Source: an uncultured Candidatus Rokubacteria bacterium
GTDB lineage: Bacteria; Methylomirabilota; Methylomirabilia; Rokubacteriales; CSP1-6
Assembly: GCA_963789955.1 (NCBI GenBank)
Contig: CAWBMV010000006.1
Span: forward strand, 288,001 to 352,000
Reading direction: 5' to 3'
Length of the DNA: 64,000 nucleotides
The notes under the pieces were generated by a model that saw only the letters and a program-made list of their open reading frames with translations, was not told the origin of the DNA and did no database searches. Shown piece by piece: positions 33,964 through 44,558 of this stretch; the first letter of the stretch is position 1; every line of letters begins with the position of its first letter. Both the position numbers and the translations under genes were made by a program.

Positions 33964-35135
33964 AGCCACGCCGCAGGCGCCTCGACGTACGAGCGGTCGA
34001 GCGCGCCGACCGACGCGCATCCCAGGAGCTTGAGCGTCCGGACCAGATCGGCCCGTAAGATTTGAATCGCCCGCGCCACCCCGGCTTCGCCGCCCGCTCC
34101 GAGCCCGTAGGCATAGGCGCGACCGCACAGCACCGCGCGCGCGCCGAGACAGAGCGCCTTCACGATATCGCTGCCGCGGCGAATGCCGCCGTCGAGCAGG
34201 ACCTCGGCCCGGCCGCTGGTCGCGCTGACGATCTCCGGCAGCGCCCGCAAGGTGGCCGAGACGCCGTCGAGCTGGCGGCCACCGTGGTTCGAGACGACGA
34301 GCGCCTCGGCGCCTTCGTCGACGGCGCGACGCGCGTCGTCGCCCGTCAGCACGCCCTTGATGACGATCGGTCCCTTCCACGCGTCACGGATCCACTTGAG
34401 GTCCGACCAGGCGACCGTCGACTGCTCGAGCGCGGCCGCGACGTCGGCGTAGGGCATCGGCCCCTGGCCGGGCAGCACGACGTTCGGGAACGACATCAGG
34501 CCGCCGTCGGCGAGAAATCCCGCCAGCCAGCGCGGCCGAGCCAGGAATTGTGAGAGGAAGGGGAGCTTCGACGTGACCTTCGAGCCCAGGAGCTCCTTGG
34601 TGCCGTTCCGGGAGTCGCGCTCGCGCAATCCCGACACGGCCGTATCGATCGTGACCGCGAGGGCCGAGAAGCCGGCGGTTCGCGCCCGCGCGATCGCCGC
34701 GCCGGCGACCTCGCGGCCGCCGACCAGGTAGAGCTGGTACCAGACCGGCTTGCTCGACGCCGCCTTCACGTCCTCCAGCCGGCATCCCGACAAGGTCGAC
34801 AGAATGTACGCCGTCCCGGCGGCGCCGGCGGCACGGGCCGCGGCTTCTTCACCCCGCGGATAGAACATGCGACTGCTGCCGACCGGTGCCAGCAGGAACG
34901 GAAGCTCGAGGCGCTGACCGAGGACGGTCACGCGCAGATCGCACTGAGGGATCGCGACCGCGTTGCGCGGGCGGAGGATCACGTCGTCGAAGACGCGGCA
35001 GTTCTCCCGCAACGTGAATTCGGCGTCGGCACCGCCGTCGATGTAGTCGAACACCGCGCGCGGCAGGCGGCGCTCGGCCATGAGCCGGAGATCGGCGATG
35101 TTGACGACGCGAGGCGAGTCGACGGCACGCGCCAT
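33951..35135 (-). CDS. FMN-dependent alpha-hydroxy-acid oxidase/dehydrogenase (LldD/MdlB family)
   Basis: FDYIDGGA, SNHGGRQLD and DGGIRRGSD motifs. Confidence 0.93.
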
Positions 35136-35156
35136 CGTGTCCGACCTATCTCACGC

Positions 35157-35402
35157 TCAGATGCCGAAGAGAGGACGCGACCATCTGGCCAGGATGTAGA
35201 GGAGCAACACGAGCAGGATCGCCACCATCCCACCGCCGACAACCAGGATTCGCCGGTAGAGATGCCCGAATTGCTCCTGCCGGGTGACGGCTCGCTGCTG
35301 AAGCTCGAGCGAGCGCTCGGTCACGCGGCGATACTCGGCGAGGTGCTCGCGCTGGGTATCGCGGATCTCCTGCAGCAGCCGGCCGATCTCGTCATTGTCC
35401 AT
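35157..35402 (-). CDS. Small hypothetical coiled-coil protein with one C-terminal TM helix
   Basis: 81 aa; GGAG RBS; hydrophobic C-terminal segment. Confidence 0.6.
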   Translation of the reverse strand: MDNDEIGRLLQEIRDTQREHLAEYRRVTERSLELQQRAVTRQEQFGHLYRRILVVGGGMVAILLVLLLYILARWSRPLFGI

Positions 35403-35427
35403 TCGCTGTCTCCGACTCCTGGACTCG

Positions 35428-37707
35428 CTACCGCCCAGCCCCGTCGCGACGGGACCGGGCGCTCTCGAACACGCGCGCGGCGGTGAGCGGAAGCGCCGTG
35501 ATCGAGACGTCATGCGGGCCGAGCGCATCGCACACCGCGTTGGCGGTCGCGGCCCCCAGGCCGGGGTTGCCGCATTCGCCGAGACCGCGCAGGCCGAGCG
35601 GATTGGTGGTCGCGCGCACCTCCTGATAGAAGCCGTCGACCGGCGGGACGTCGGTGGCCGCGGGCAGCGCGTAGTCCATCAAGGTCGACGAGAGTAGCTG
35701 GCCCTCCCCGTCGTAGACGAGGCTTTCGTGCATCGTGTTGCCGATGCCGAACGCGACGCCGCCGACAAGCTGGCCGTCGACCAGCGCCGGATTCACGGCG
35801 CGACCGACATCGGCGCCGACCACGACCCGGCGCAGGCTCACGGCGCCGGTCTCCGGATCGACGTCGGCCACGACGGCCGCCGCGCACCCGGCGTAGGTCA
35901 CCTTCGGCACCTCGAACGAGGCGCCGACGGCCAGCCGTCGCTCACGCGCCAGCTCGGCCAGGGTGACGCGCCGGCCCCCTGCGCTCAGGACACCACTCGC
36001 GTAGGTCACCTCGGTCTCGGGCACCGCCAATCGCTCCGCCGCGCGCTGGCGCGCCTCGGCGATCAGCTTCGCGGCCGCGAGATGGGCGGCGTTGCCGGCG
36101 GTGACCGTCCCGCGGGAGCCGTAGGTGCCGACACCGCTCTCGACGGTGGAGGTATCGGTGTGCCGCACGTCAAAGCGTGAGGCGGGAAGCCCGAGCGCCT
36201 CGCCCAGGATTTGAGCCAGGACGGTCTCGAGTCCAGGCCCCATCGACGAAGCACCCGTGTCGACGACGAGCCGACCGTCTGGTCGTGCCTCGACCTGCGT
36301 GGTCTCGAAGGGGCCGAGGCCGGTCTTCTCGACGTAGATCGCGAGCCCGATCCCGCGGCGTGGTCCCGACGGCTTCGAGTTCATCACCGTCTGCTCGGCC
36401 CGCACGCGAGCGTAGTCCAGGCGGCGCAGCAGCTCGTCGAAGAGCCCGGGGAAATCACCCGAGTCGTAGACGGTGCTGACGCCGAACGACCTGGTCCCGC
36501 AGTCGTACGGCATCTCGTGGGGGCGGATCAGATTCCTGCGGCGGATCTCGGCCACGTCGATGCCGAGCCTCGCGGCCGCCTGGTCGAGGAGGCGCTCGCG
36601 AACGAAATTGCACTCCGGGCGTCCGGGCGAGCGCAGGGTCCCGGCGGGCGTCTTGTTGGTCACGACCGACCAGAGATCGCACGCGTAGTTCGGCACTCGA
36701 TAGGGGCCGGGGAGGAGCGCCGCCCCGAACTCGGCGGGCACGAGCGCGGCGGTGCGGACATAGGCGCCGATGTCGGCGTGGATCACCGCGCGCATGGCCA
36801 GGATCCGGCCGTCGCCCGCGAAGCCCATCTCGATCTCGTACGCGACCTCGCGCGCGTGATTGGCCGACATGAGGTTCTCACGCCGGCTCTCGATCCACTT
36901 CACGGGCCGCCCGAGCTTCATGGCGGCCAGCGGCACCAGGATGTCCTCCGGGTAGAGCTCGCCGCGGACCCCGAAGCCGCCGCCCACGTCGACCTCGGTG
37001 AGCCGCAGCGCGCCCACCGGGATGCCGAAGATCGGCGCGAGGATCGTGCGGTTGATGTGGATGCACTTGGTCGAGCCGATCAGGTGCAGCTCGCCGCCTC
37101 GCGGATCGGGCGGCACGGCCACGAGGCCACGCGTCTCCAGCGCCGCCGCCGTCTGGCGCGGGTAGGTGAACCGCTCGCGCAGCCTGAGCTGAGCTCCGGC
37201 GAGCGCCTGATCGGCATCGCCCACGCGCATCGTGATCGTCGCGACGTTGTTCGAGTCGGTGGACTGAAAGAGCCGCGCGGCCCCGGCGGCGAGCGCTTCG
37301 GTGGTCGAGGCGCAGGCGGCCAGCGGCTGGTAGACGACGTCGATCCGGTCGAGCGCATCACGGGCGATGTACGGATCGTCGGCGACGACGAGCGCCACGG
37401 GCTCTCCGACGAACCGCACGACGTCGCGGGCAATCGCGGGCTGCAGATAGCGGTCGGTGCCCTTGGGAGCGGGGACGCGATTCGGGATGATCGCCGTCGC
37501 CGGCACATCGGCCGCGGTCAACACGGCATGGACGCCGGGCAGATCGCGCGCACGCTTCGTGTCGATCGACACCAGGCGCGCGTGCGCGTGCGGCGAGCGG
37601 AGCACCGCGGCGTGGAGCATGCCGGGCACGTGCACGTCGTCGACGAATCGCCCCGTGCCGGCGACGAACCGATCGCCGCCGAGGCGTGGATGAGCCTCAC
37701 CGATCAC
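35428..37707 (-). CDS. Xanthine dehydrogenase/CoxL family molybdopterin-binding subunit
   Basis: LRSPHAHA, VGGGFG, GTYGSR and RGLGE motifs. Confidence 0.92.
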   Translation of the reverse strand: MIGEAHPRLGGDRFVAGTGRFVDDVHVPGMLHAAVLRSPHAHARLVSIDTKRARDLPGVHAVLTAADVPATAIIPNRVPAPKGTDRYLQPAIARDVVRFVGEPVALVVADDPYIARDALDRIDVVYQPLAACASTTEALAAGAARLFQSTDSNNVATITMRVGDADQALAGAQLRLRERFTYPRQTAAALETRGLVAVPPDPRGGELHLIGSTKCIHINRTILAPIFGIPVGALRLTEVDVGGGFGVRGELYPEDILVPLAAMKLGRPVKWIESRRENLMSANHAREVAYEIEMGFAGDGRILAMRAVIHADIGAYVRTAALVPAEFGAALLPGPYRVPNYACDLWSVVTNKTPAGTLRSPGRPECNFVRERLLDQAAARLGIDVAEIRRRNLIRPHEMPYDCGTRSFGVSTVYDSGDFPGLFDELLRRLDYARVRAEQTVMNSKPSGPRRGIGLAIYVEKTGLGPFETTQVEARPDGRLVVDTGASSMGPGLETVLAQILGEALGLPASRFDVRHTDTSTVESGVGTYGSRGTVTAGNAAHLAAAKLIAEARQRAAERLAVPETEVTYASGVLSAGGRRVTLAELARERRLAVGASFEVPKVTYAGCAAAVVADVDPETGAVSLRRVVVGADVGRAVNPALVDGQLVGGVAFGIGNTMHESLVYDGEGQLLSSTLMDYALPAATDVPPVDGFYQEVRATTNPLGLRGLGECGNPGLGAATANAVCDALGPHDVSITALPLTAARVFESARSRRDGAGR

Positions 37708-37771
37708 CGCGACATCCTAGCACTGTGCCCGGCGAGGCTCTACCAGGCGGGCACGGCCTGCCGCGTCGACG

Positions 37772-39332
37772 TCAGCGTGCGCCGATGAACGCCTTCGCGC
37801 GCGCGATCTCCGGACGCGCGGTGTCGGCCTTGCTGGCGAGGGCGACGAGCTTCTCGTAGTAGCCCACGGCCTTCGGCCGATCGCCGGCCATCTCGGCCGC
37901 GCGCGCGGCACCGTAGAGCCCGCGGTAGCGGTTCGGGTTCTCCTTGATGGCCGCCTCGAACTCGCGCAGCGCCGCCGGCGCCTGCCCCTGCTGGAGCAAG
38001 AGCTCACCGAGCAGCTCGCGCATCGGATAGAGCCGGTTCTCCATCGCCACGTGCTTGACGCTGGCATCCTCGCTGTCGGCGGCGCCTCGCATGAACTTCA
38101 GCGCCTCGTCGCGCGAGCCCTCCGCGAGGGCCACCCAGCCGGAGACGGCGAGCATCTGCTCCTCGGTGCGATCGGCCCAGTAGCTCTGGTTCGATTTCTC
38201 CAGCGCGGCGCGAAGCTCCTGCATCGCCTGGATCTCGCGCTTGGCGCCGGCCAGATCGCCCGTGCGGGCCATGCCGAGCCCTCGGGTGAACCGCACGAGC
38301 GAGTCGGCCTGCGGCCATCCCGTCGACACGACGGGAAGCGCGGCGGCCCCCGCCCAATCGCCCCGCTCGAGCACGTAGCGCGCCGGCACCGCCGCCAGCG
38401 CCGTGAATCCGGGAACGGCCCCGCCGCTCAGCCGCGGCATGGCGGCGATCGGGTCGACCAGCGCCTTGGCCTTGGCGTCCTGGGCGAGCTGGAGATGCGC
38501 GTACACCATGAAGTCGGTCGCGTGGTAGTAGTCGGGCTGGATCTCGATCGCCGACCGGTTCGAGGCGATCGACTCCTCCCACATCCCCACCATCGAGTAG
38601 ATGTGCGAGGGCATGTGGCGGGCGTGCGGCGCCGCCGGCGCGATCCGGCCGTACGCGACGGCGATCTTGATGCCCTTGTCGGCGAGCGGCGGATAGTCGT
38701 AGGCGTGAACCAGATAGTGCGCGACCCCCGGGTGCTCGGGGTTCTGCTTGAACAACCGCTCGAGGATCTCGGCCGACTTGAGCTGGTTCGCGTACGTCTT
38801 GTCGCTCTTCGACGCCGAGGCCTGCAGGGTCAGTGCGTAGTAGGTCCACGCTTCGAAGTCGTCGGGGTAGCGCTGCGTCATCTGCTCCATCGCCTTGGTA
38901 TAGGCGGCCAGCCGCGCGCTCACCGGCGTCTTGTCGGCGTCGCGATAGTAGACGCCGATCGCCTCGATCCAGTCCCGCTCGCGCTGGGTCTTGGCGCCGA
39001 TCGTCCGCGCCTTCTCGAGGGCCTCGGCCGCCGCGGCCGCGTCCTTCGCCGACGGCGCCGCCGCGAGCGAATTGCCGAGGTAGTTCACGGCCAGCCCCCA
39101 GTACGCGATCGCGCAGGTCGGGTCCTGCTGCAGGACACTCTCGAAGACCTTGCGCGCCTCCGTGAACCAGTAGGAATGCAGCATCGCCACGCCGCGCTCG
39201 AACTGGCGCCTGCACCTTCGCGTCGCACGAGGTCGGGAAGGTGACCTTGCCCAGCTTCTCCTGCTGGGCCGCGGCCGGGACGACCAGCGCGACGACACAT
39301 GAGATTGCGAGCAGCCCTGCCTTGGTTCTCAT
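37772..39332 (-). CDS. Secreted TPR-repeat protein, frameshift near 39205
   Basis: Signal peptide; LGKVTFPTSC, HPGVAHYLVHAYD and PHARHMPSHIY motifs; helical repeats. Confidence 0.8.
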
Positions 39333-39357
39333 CGAGACCTCCTCGAGCTGATCCAGA

Positions 39358-39909
39358 TCACGGCGTGTCCATGGTACCGCGCTCGTTGGCCACCGCATAC
39401 GCCCGCCGGGCGCGCTCCACATCGAACGGGCGCTCCTCGAGCGTGTCGGGCGCCCACTCGCTGCGGGGCGTACCGAAGAAGTCACCGCCGTAGACGTGGA
39501 TCGCTCCCGTGAATCTTCCAAGCGGATTGACGACGGAATGGATGACTGCCTCGTCGAGCCGCGCGGTCTCCGAGCACTCGAGGCGCTGGCCGCCGGCCGC
39601 CGCGAGGCCGCGCGCGCCACGGCGGTAGAAGGTGTTGTCCTCGCGACCCCCGTACAGGCCGATCACGGCCCACATTCGGTGCTCGTGGGGATAGATGGCC
39701 ATGCCCGGTGCCCAGACCACATTGAGGATGGTCAGCTCCGGGGAGTGATGAAGGGTGATGAGACCGCCGAGGCGCGGAGTGCCGAGCGCGGCTTCGACGG
39801 CGGCCGGCGCGGCCACCGCGCGCTCGGTGAGCTCGCCGATCGCCGCGGCCGGACAGCTGGTCGTGAGGGCCGTCCGACAGTCGGCGATGAAGCGGTCGAG
39901 ATCGAACAT
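39358..39909 (-). CDS. Cysteine-dioxygenase-like cupin metalloenzyme
   Basis: YPHEHRMWAVIG...IHSV...IHVYGG. Confidence 0.8.
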   Translation of the reverse strand: MFDLDRFIADCRTALTTSCPAAAIGELTERAVAAPAAVEAALGTPRLGGLITLHHSPELTILNVVWAPGMAIYPHEHRMWAVIGLYGGREDNTFYRRGARGLAAAGGQRLECSETARLDEAVIHSVVNPLGRFTGAIHVYGGDFFGTPRSEWAPDTLEERPFDVERARRAYAVANERGTMDTP

Positions 39910-39989
39910 GCCGTCACGATATGCGGGTCGCCGGTGATGTGTCCAATGCATTTCTCCTCGTATAATCCATGCACGGAGTGCATCGCACC

Positions 39990-40945
39990 ATGGACCTGCG
40001 ACACCTGCGCGCCTTCGTGACCATCGTCGACGCCGGCGGCTTCGCGCGCGCCGGCACCAGGCTGCACCTGAGTCAGCCGGCGTTGTCGCGACAGATCCGG
40101 GCGTTCGAGGTCGAGCTCGGTGTTCGGCTGTTCGACCGTATCGGTCGCCGCGTTCAGCTCACCGCCGAGGGCCAGGATCTCCTGCGCCGGGCTCGCGAGC
40201 TCTTGACGGGAGCCGACTCATTCGGGGAGCGGGCCCGGGCTCTCAAGGGCGGCAAGACCGGCGTGCTGCGGGTCGGGGCCACGCCACAGGCGATGGAAAC
40301 TCTGCTGGCCGGCTTCCTTCCACGCTATCGGCGCGGTCATCCCGGGGTCGACGTGCACCTCGTCGAGGACGGCGGAATCCGGCTGGCCACACGCCTCGAG
40401 CACGGCGACGTTCATCTCGCGCTCACGGCGTCCACCGATGCGCGCTTTCGCCGGCGCCTGCTGGCTCCGCTCTACGTGCTGGCCGTGTTGCCCAGGTCAT
40501 TCCGGCTCGGCCGCCGGACCACCCTGGAGATCGCGGAGCTGGCGGACTCGCCGCTGCTCCTCACGCGTCGCGATTTTGCCTCTCGCGAATGGTTCGACGC
40601 CGCCTGCCAGCTCGCGCACCTGCGACCGCGCGTGCTGCTCGAGAGTGGAGCGCCGTCCACCCTGGTGGCGCTGGCTCGCGTCGGCTACGGCATCGCCGTC
40701 GTGCCGTCCAACGTTCGGATTCCGCGGAACGGTGTCCGGGCCGTGCCGCTCGTGCAGCGGGGCGCCCCATCGGACGATGGCTGAGTCTGGCCTGGGACCC
40801 GCGGCGATTCCTGGCCCCGTATGCGGAAGACTTCGTCGAGGAGCTCGTCGTGTACACGACGCGCGCGTCGGCAAAGCCGGCCTTTGCCAGACGCGCGCCG
40901 GCCTTGCCGCGTCCGAAGGAGACGCCGTCGGACCAGTCGCTCTAG
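39990..40945 (+). CDS. LysR family transcriptional regulator, frameshift near 40770
   Basis: MDLRHLRAF...LSQPALSRQI...LFDR HTH; divergent from the cupin gene. Confidence 0.92.
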
Positions 40946-42621
40946 TGCTGGCCGGCGCGGAGCACGCGTCCCGGGAACGCGCCCGTGTGCTTGCCGTGCT
41001 CGAGCACGACCTGGCCGCCCACGACGACGTGGCTCACGCCCTCAGCGCCTTGCACACGCCGAGGCGTTCCCGACGGTCCGTCGAGGGTGACCTCGTCTTC
41101 CTTCACGCCGATACTCGCGAGGTCGAACACCATGAGGTCGGCCGCCAGCCCCTCGCGGATCATGCCGCGGTCACGCAGGCCCATGATGCGGGCGGGCTGG
41201 AAGGTGTACCGACGGATCGCGTCCTCGAGCGTGAGCAGCTCGCGGTCGCGCACCCACTGGCCCAGCACGTAGCTCGACTCGCCGGCGGTGCAGAAGTTGG
41301 TGTTCAGGTGAGCGCCGGCGTCCGACTGGGTCGGCAGCGCGTGGCCGCTCTTCACCATGTCGGCGATCTGGGTCTCTTCCTCGTTCGAGCGGGTCATCAG
41401 CTGGAACTCGGTGTCGAGCCCTTCCTCGAGCGCCAGGTCGAGCATGACGTCGGCGACGTGCTTGTTCTGCTTCTCGGCGAGCGCGGTGAGGCTCTGGTCG
41501 ACGAGCCCCTGGTTCTTGGCGAGCTTCACCTTGCGAACGAAGATCGAGCTCCAGGGCACGAGCCGGCCCGGCACGCCCGGCCGCCGCCGCTGGGGCTTCA
41601 GCGCCTGGTCGCGCATCTTCGCGCGCCGCTCGGGGTCGGCGAGCGCGGCCAGCCGATCGGCGGGGCGCAGTTGCATGACGACGTCCCACACGTCGAGGTT
41701 GTGGAAGAACGTCGTCTTCTTCAGGGTGAACCTCGGATTGAAGGGGATGGCCCGCAGCAGGTTGAAGAGCTGAGCTCCCTCGCGTGAGGCCTTCTCGACG
41801 TACGGCCAGGCGTTCGTGTCGAAGCTCAGGAAGAACACCGGGCGCCCGCTCGCCACGGCCACGTCGCGCAGGTGGTCGAGATCGGCCGGGCTCGGCTTGC
41901 CGGCGCCCTTGGGCAGGATCTCGATGATCCCGCGGTTGAACTCGCCGAGCGTCCGGCCGAGGGCCACGCGCTCCTCGTCGGCGGCGAGCCGAGTCGGCAC
42001 GGGCTGACCCTGCGGCCCGGCGTGGGTCGGGGAGTCCGTGGTGCTCCAGCCCCACGCGCCGGCCTCGAGCGACTCGCGCAGCAGCCGCTGCATGTGAGCG
42101 ATCTCGTCCGGCGTCGCGGCGCGGTCCCAGGCGGCCTGGTCCATCGCCGAGAGGCGCAGGGGGTTGTGGCCGACCAGCGGCATCAGGTTGAGCCCGAGCC
42201 CGATGTCGATCGCGTTCAGGTACTCGTCGAAGTTCTCCCAGTTCCACGGCACGACCGACGCGAGCGAGCGCACCGGGATGTCCTCGACGCAGCAGAACGT
42301 CGCCAGCATCGCGTCGCGATGCTCCGGCCGCAGCGGCGCCAGGGTCAGCCCGCAGTTGCCCATGAGGACCGTCGTCACCCCGTGCCAGATCGAGGAGGTG
42401 CAGAGCCTGTCCCAGAAGGGCTGAGCATCGTAGTGCGTGTGGGTGTCGATGATGCCCGGCGACACGAACTGTCCCTCGGCGTCGATGGTCGAGGCGGCCG
42501 CGCCCCGGATCTTGCCGATCTCGACGATGGTGCCGTCCTTGACCGCGACGTCGGCGCGATAGCGGGAGAAGCCGGAACCGTCGACGACCATGCCGTTCTT
42601 GATGACCAGGTCGTAAGGCAT
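40942..42621 (-). CDS. N-acyl-D-amino-acid deacylase family amidohydrolase
   Basis: PGIIDTHTHYD, MGNCG, SDAGAH and ADLMVFD motifs. Confidence 0.92.
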   Translation of the reverse strand: MPYDLVIKNGMVVDGSGFSRYRADVAVKDGTIVEIGKIRGAAASTIDAEGQFVSPGIIDTHTHYDAQPFWDRLCTSSIWHGVTTVLMGNCGLTLAPLRPEHRDAMLATFCCVEDIPVRSLASVVPWNWENFDEYLNAIDIGLGLNLMPLVGHNPLRLSAMDQAAWDRAATPDEIAHMQRLLRESLEAGAWGWSTTDSPTHAGPQGQPVPTRLAADEERVALGRTLGEFNRGIIEILPKGAGKPSPADLDHLRDVAVASGRPVFFLSFDTNAWPYVEKASREGAQLFNLLRAIPFNPRFTLKKTTFFHNLDVWDVVMQLRPADRLAALADPERRAKMRDQALKPQRRRPGVPGRLVPWSSIFVRKVKLAKNQGLVDQSLTALAEKQNKHVADVMLDLALEEGLDTEFQLMTRSNEEETQIADMVKSGHALPTQSDAGAHLNTNFCTAGESSYVLGQWVRDRELLTLEDAIRRYTFQPARIMGLRDRGMIREGLAADLMVFDLASIGVKEDEVTLDGPSGTPRRVQGAEGVSHVVVGGQVVLEHGKHTGAFPGRVLRAGQH

Positions 42622-43322
42622 CAGTTTCCTCCGGGACTGCGCTGGCACTGCTCGATTTGCGCGCAATTGTCCCACATTACTCGGCACTTCGTCAGGAGTC
42701 TCTTCATCGCGCCGATCGCACCGGCAAGCAGCGGCTTCTGGCCGGGATGGAGCTGCTGATCGACCGCGTCGAGGACGACGGCCGTCATCGCGTAGTTGCC
42801 CATCAGGGCCGCGAGCTCGAGCACTCCGCGCCGGCCGAAGAGGTCAACCGCCCGCGCGAACGTCGCGGCGCTGAGCTTCCGGCTACGGAACAGCTCTCGC
42901 CCGAACGCGATGATGACGGCCTCCTTCCTTCCGAGCCGCTTGCCCAGCCGCGCGATCGGCTTCCGCCGCTTGACGATCTCGATGATCTTCGCGTCGAGGC
43001 CTTCCGCGAGCGCCGCCGGCTCGTGCGCCGTCCACTCGAACTGGTTGTCGAGCTCCCGAGCCGTCACCAGGATCGCCAGCTCGGTCAGCCGCCGGTCCAG
43101 GGCGGTCTCGAAGCGCAGATATTGATTGGCGGCGCGCAGATGTCCGGCGAGCTTCGGCGAGTGCAGCCAGATGCCGCTCGGGCCGCGCAGTCCGACCAGG
43201 GTGCGACTGCCGGGACTCACGACCGAGTCGTAGTGCTGCTGGCCCTCTGCGTCGAGCTCGTGCCGCTCGAGGAGCGGCAGGCGCGACAGGGAAGCCCGGT
43301 GCACGTCCCGCGGCAGTCTCAT
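42621..43322 (-). CDS. Carboxymuconolactone decarboxylase/AhpD-like protein
   Basis: LTELAILVTARE...FEWTAHE...G motif; true 3' end may lie earlier in the reading direction (near 42715). Confidence 0.78.
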   Translation of the reverse strand: MRLPRDVHRASLSRLPLLERHELDAEGQQHYDSVVSPGSRTLVGLRGPSGIWLHSPKLAGHLRAANQYLRFETALDRRLTELAILVTARELDNQFEWTAHEPAALAEGLDAKIIEIVKRRKPIARLGKRLGRKEAVIIAFGRELFRSRKLSAATFARAVDLFGRRGVLELAALMGNYAMTAVVLDAVDQQLHPGQKPLLAGAIGAMKRLLTKCRVMWDNCAQIEQCQRSPGGN

Positions 43323-43416
43323 CGCGCCGATCGTGCGCCTTTCGGCCCTCACGCGCAACACGCCGGGCCGGAGTATGATTCGGGCACCGCCGACCGAACG
43401 GAGAAAGGAAGACCCC

Positions 43417-44056
43417 ATGGCAGGCAACACGGACCTGTTCGAGATCATGCAGACCATGCGCGCGATGCGCCGCTTGAAGCCGGACCCGGTTCCCGACGAG
43501 CTGATCAGGAAGATCCTACAGGCCGGCACCTGCGCGCCCGAACGGCGGCAACACGCAGCGCTGGCGCTTCCTGGTGATCAAGGATCGGAAGATCAAGCAG
43601 GGCGTCCAGGTCTGGTACAAGAACGCCTTCGACGAGGTCGTGGGCCCTCGCTATCTCAAGAGCTCGCCGCCCCCGGGCGTCACGCGCGAGCAGTACAACC
43701 GGCAGCACGCGGCGGTGGAGTATCTGACCGATCACTTCCACGAAGCGCCCGTGTGGATCGTCGCATGCCTCGAAGAGGCCGCGGCGCCGACCCGCGGGTC
43801 CGGCGCGTCGATCTATCCGGCCGTGCAGAACATGCTGCTGGCGGCGCGGGCGCTCGGGCTCGGCGCCACCCTGACGACTCGGCACCTTCTGTACGAGAAG
43901 GAAGCGGAAGCCGCCCTCGGACTGCCGCCGGGCGTGCACTCCTACGCGATCATTCCCATCGGCTATCCGATGGGGAAGTTCGGCCCGGTCGGCCGCGGGC
44001 CGCTCAAGGAGATCGTGTACCAGGACCGCTGGGGTACGCCGTATCAGGGCGTCTAG
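43417..44056 (+). CDS. Nitroreductase family protein, frameshift near 43540
   Basis: RAMRRLKPDPV, GNTQRWRF and QNMLLAARALGLG motifs. Confidence 0.9.
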
Positions 44057-44065
44057 GTAGCCGCC

Positions 44066-44086
44066 GGGGGCCCGTCACGGGCCCCC
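44066..44086. terminator. Terminator-like hairpin GGGGGCCCG-TCA-CGGGCCCCC
   Basis: 9-bp perfect stem 9 nt after the nitroreductase stop; no clear U-tract. Confidence 0.5.
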
Positions 44087-44104
44087 TCCAAATCGTAAAG
44101 TCTC

Positions 44105-44212
44105 TTGACACAACCTCTGTTTCGACAGATTGTGAGCCAGCATTGCGCCCGCTGAGTGATCGAGCGGGCGACCCGTTTGGAGAAGCTCACCAATTGGTGG
44201 CTCCAAGACGGG
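44105..44212 (+). promoter_or_regulatory. TTGACA promoter followed by two stable hairpins in the long leader of the giant protein
   Basis: TTGACA at 44105-44110; stems at 44146-44170 and 44172-44212. Confidence 0.4.
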
Positions 44213-44558
44213 GCTAGTGAACCGGGGCGTCTCTGTCCTCATTTCCTCGTGCCCCGACAGCGAGCTCGTGATTGAGCTATGGAGTTATCGATATAGAGGC
44301 TCGGTGCGGTAGTCCGCCGGGCCCCGGAACATCGGGGCATCCGTGGATCAGCCGGCCCGAATCGTTCGGCCTGATAGCCCTGCCATCTCACATCGGCGCC
44401 CCGGAATGCCTCGGCGGCGCCGGCCATCTCCCTAAACCGTCGACGAAGCCGGCCGTGTGTCTCTCCATCACGGTGCGGCGAACGGGGGGGACCTGGTCGA
44501 CCTGACGTAGCAGCGATTCCAGCGTGTCCTCTTCCCCTTCGACTCGCCCGGGAGGGTC

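Noticed and set aside
35428..37707. Aerobic CO dehydrogenase (coxL form I)
   Set aside because: Lacks the AYxCSFR motif and the coxM/coxS and accessory genes
44130..44558. Known c-di-GMP or c-di-AMP riboswitch
   Set aside because: I could not find the consensus motifs by eye; kept only as an unclassified structured leader
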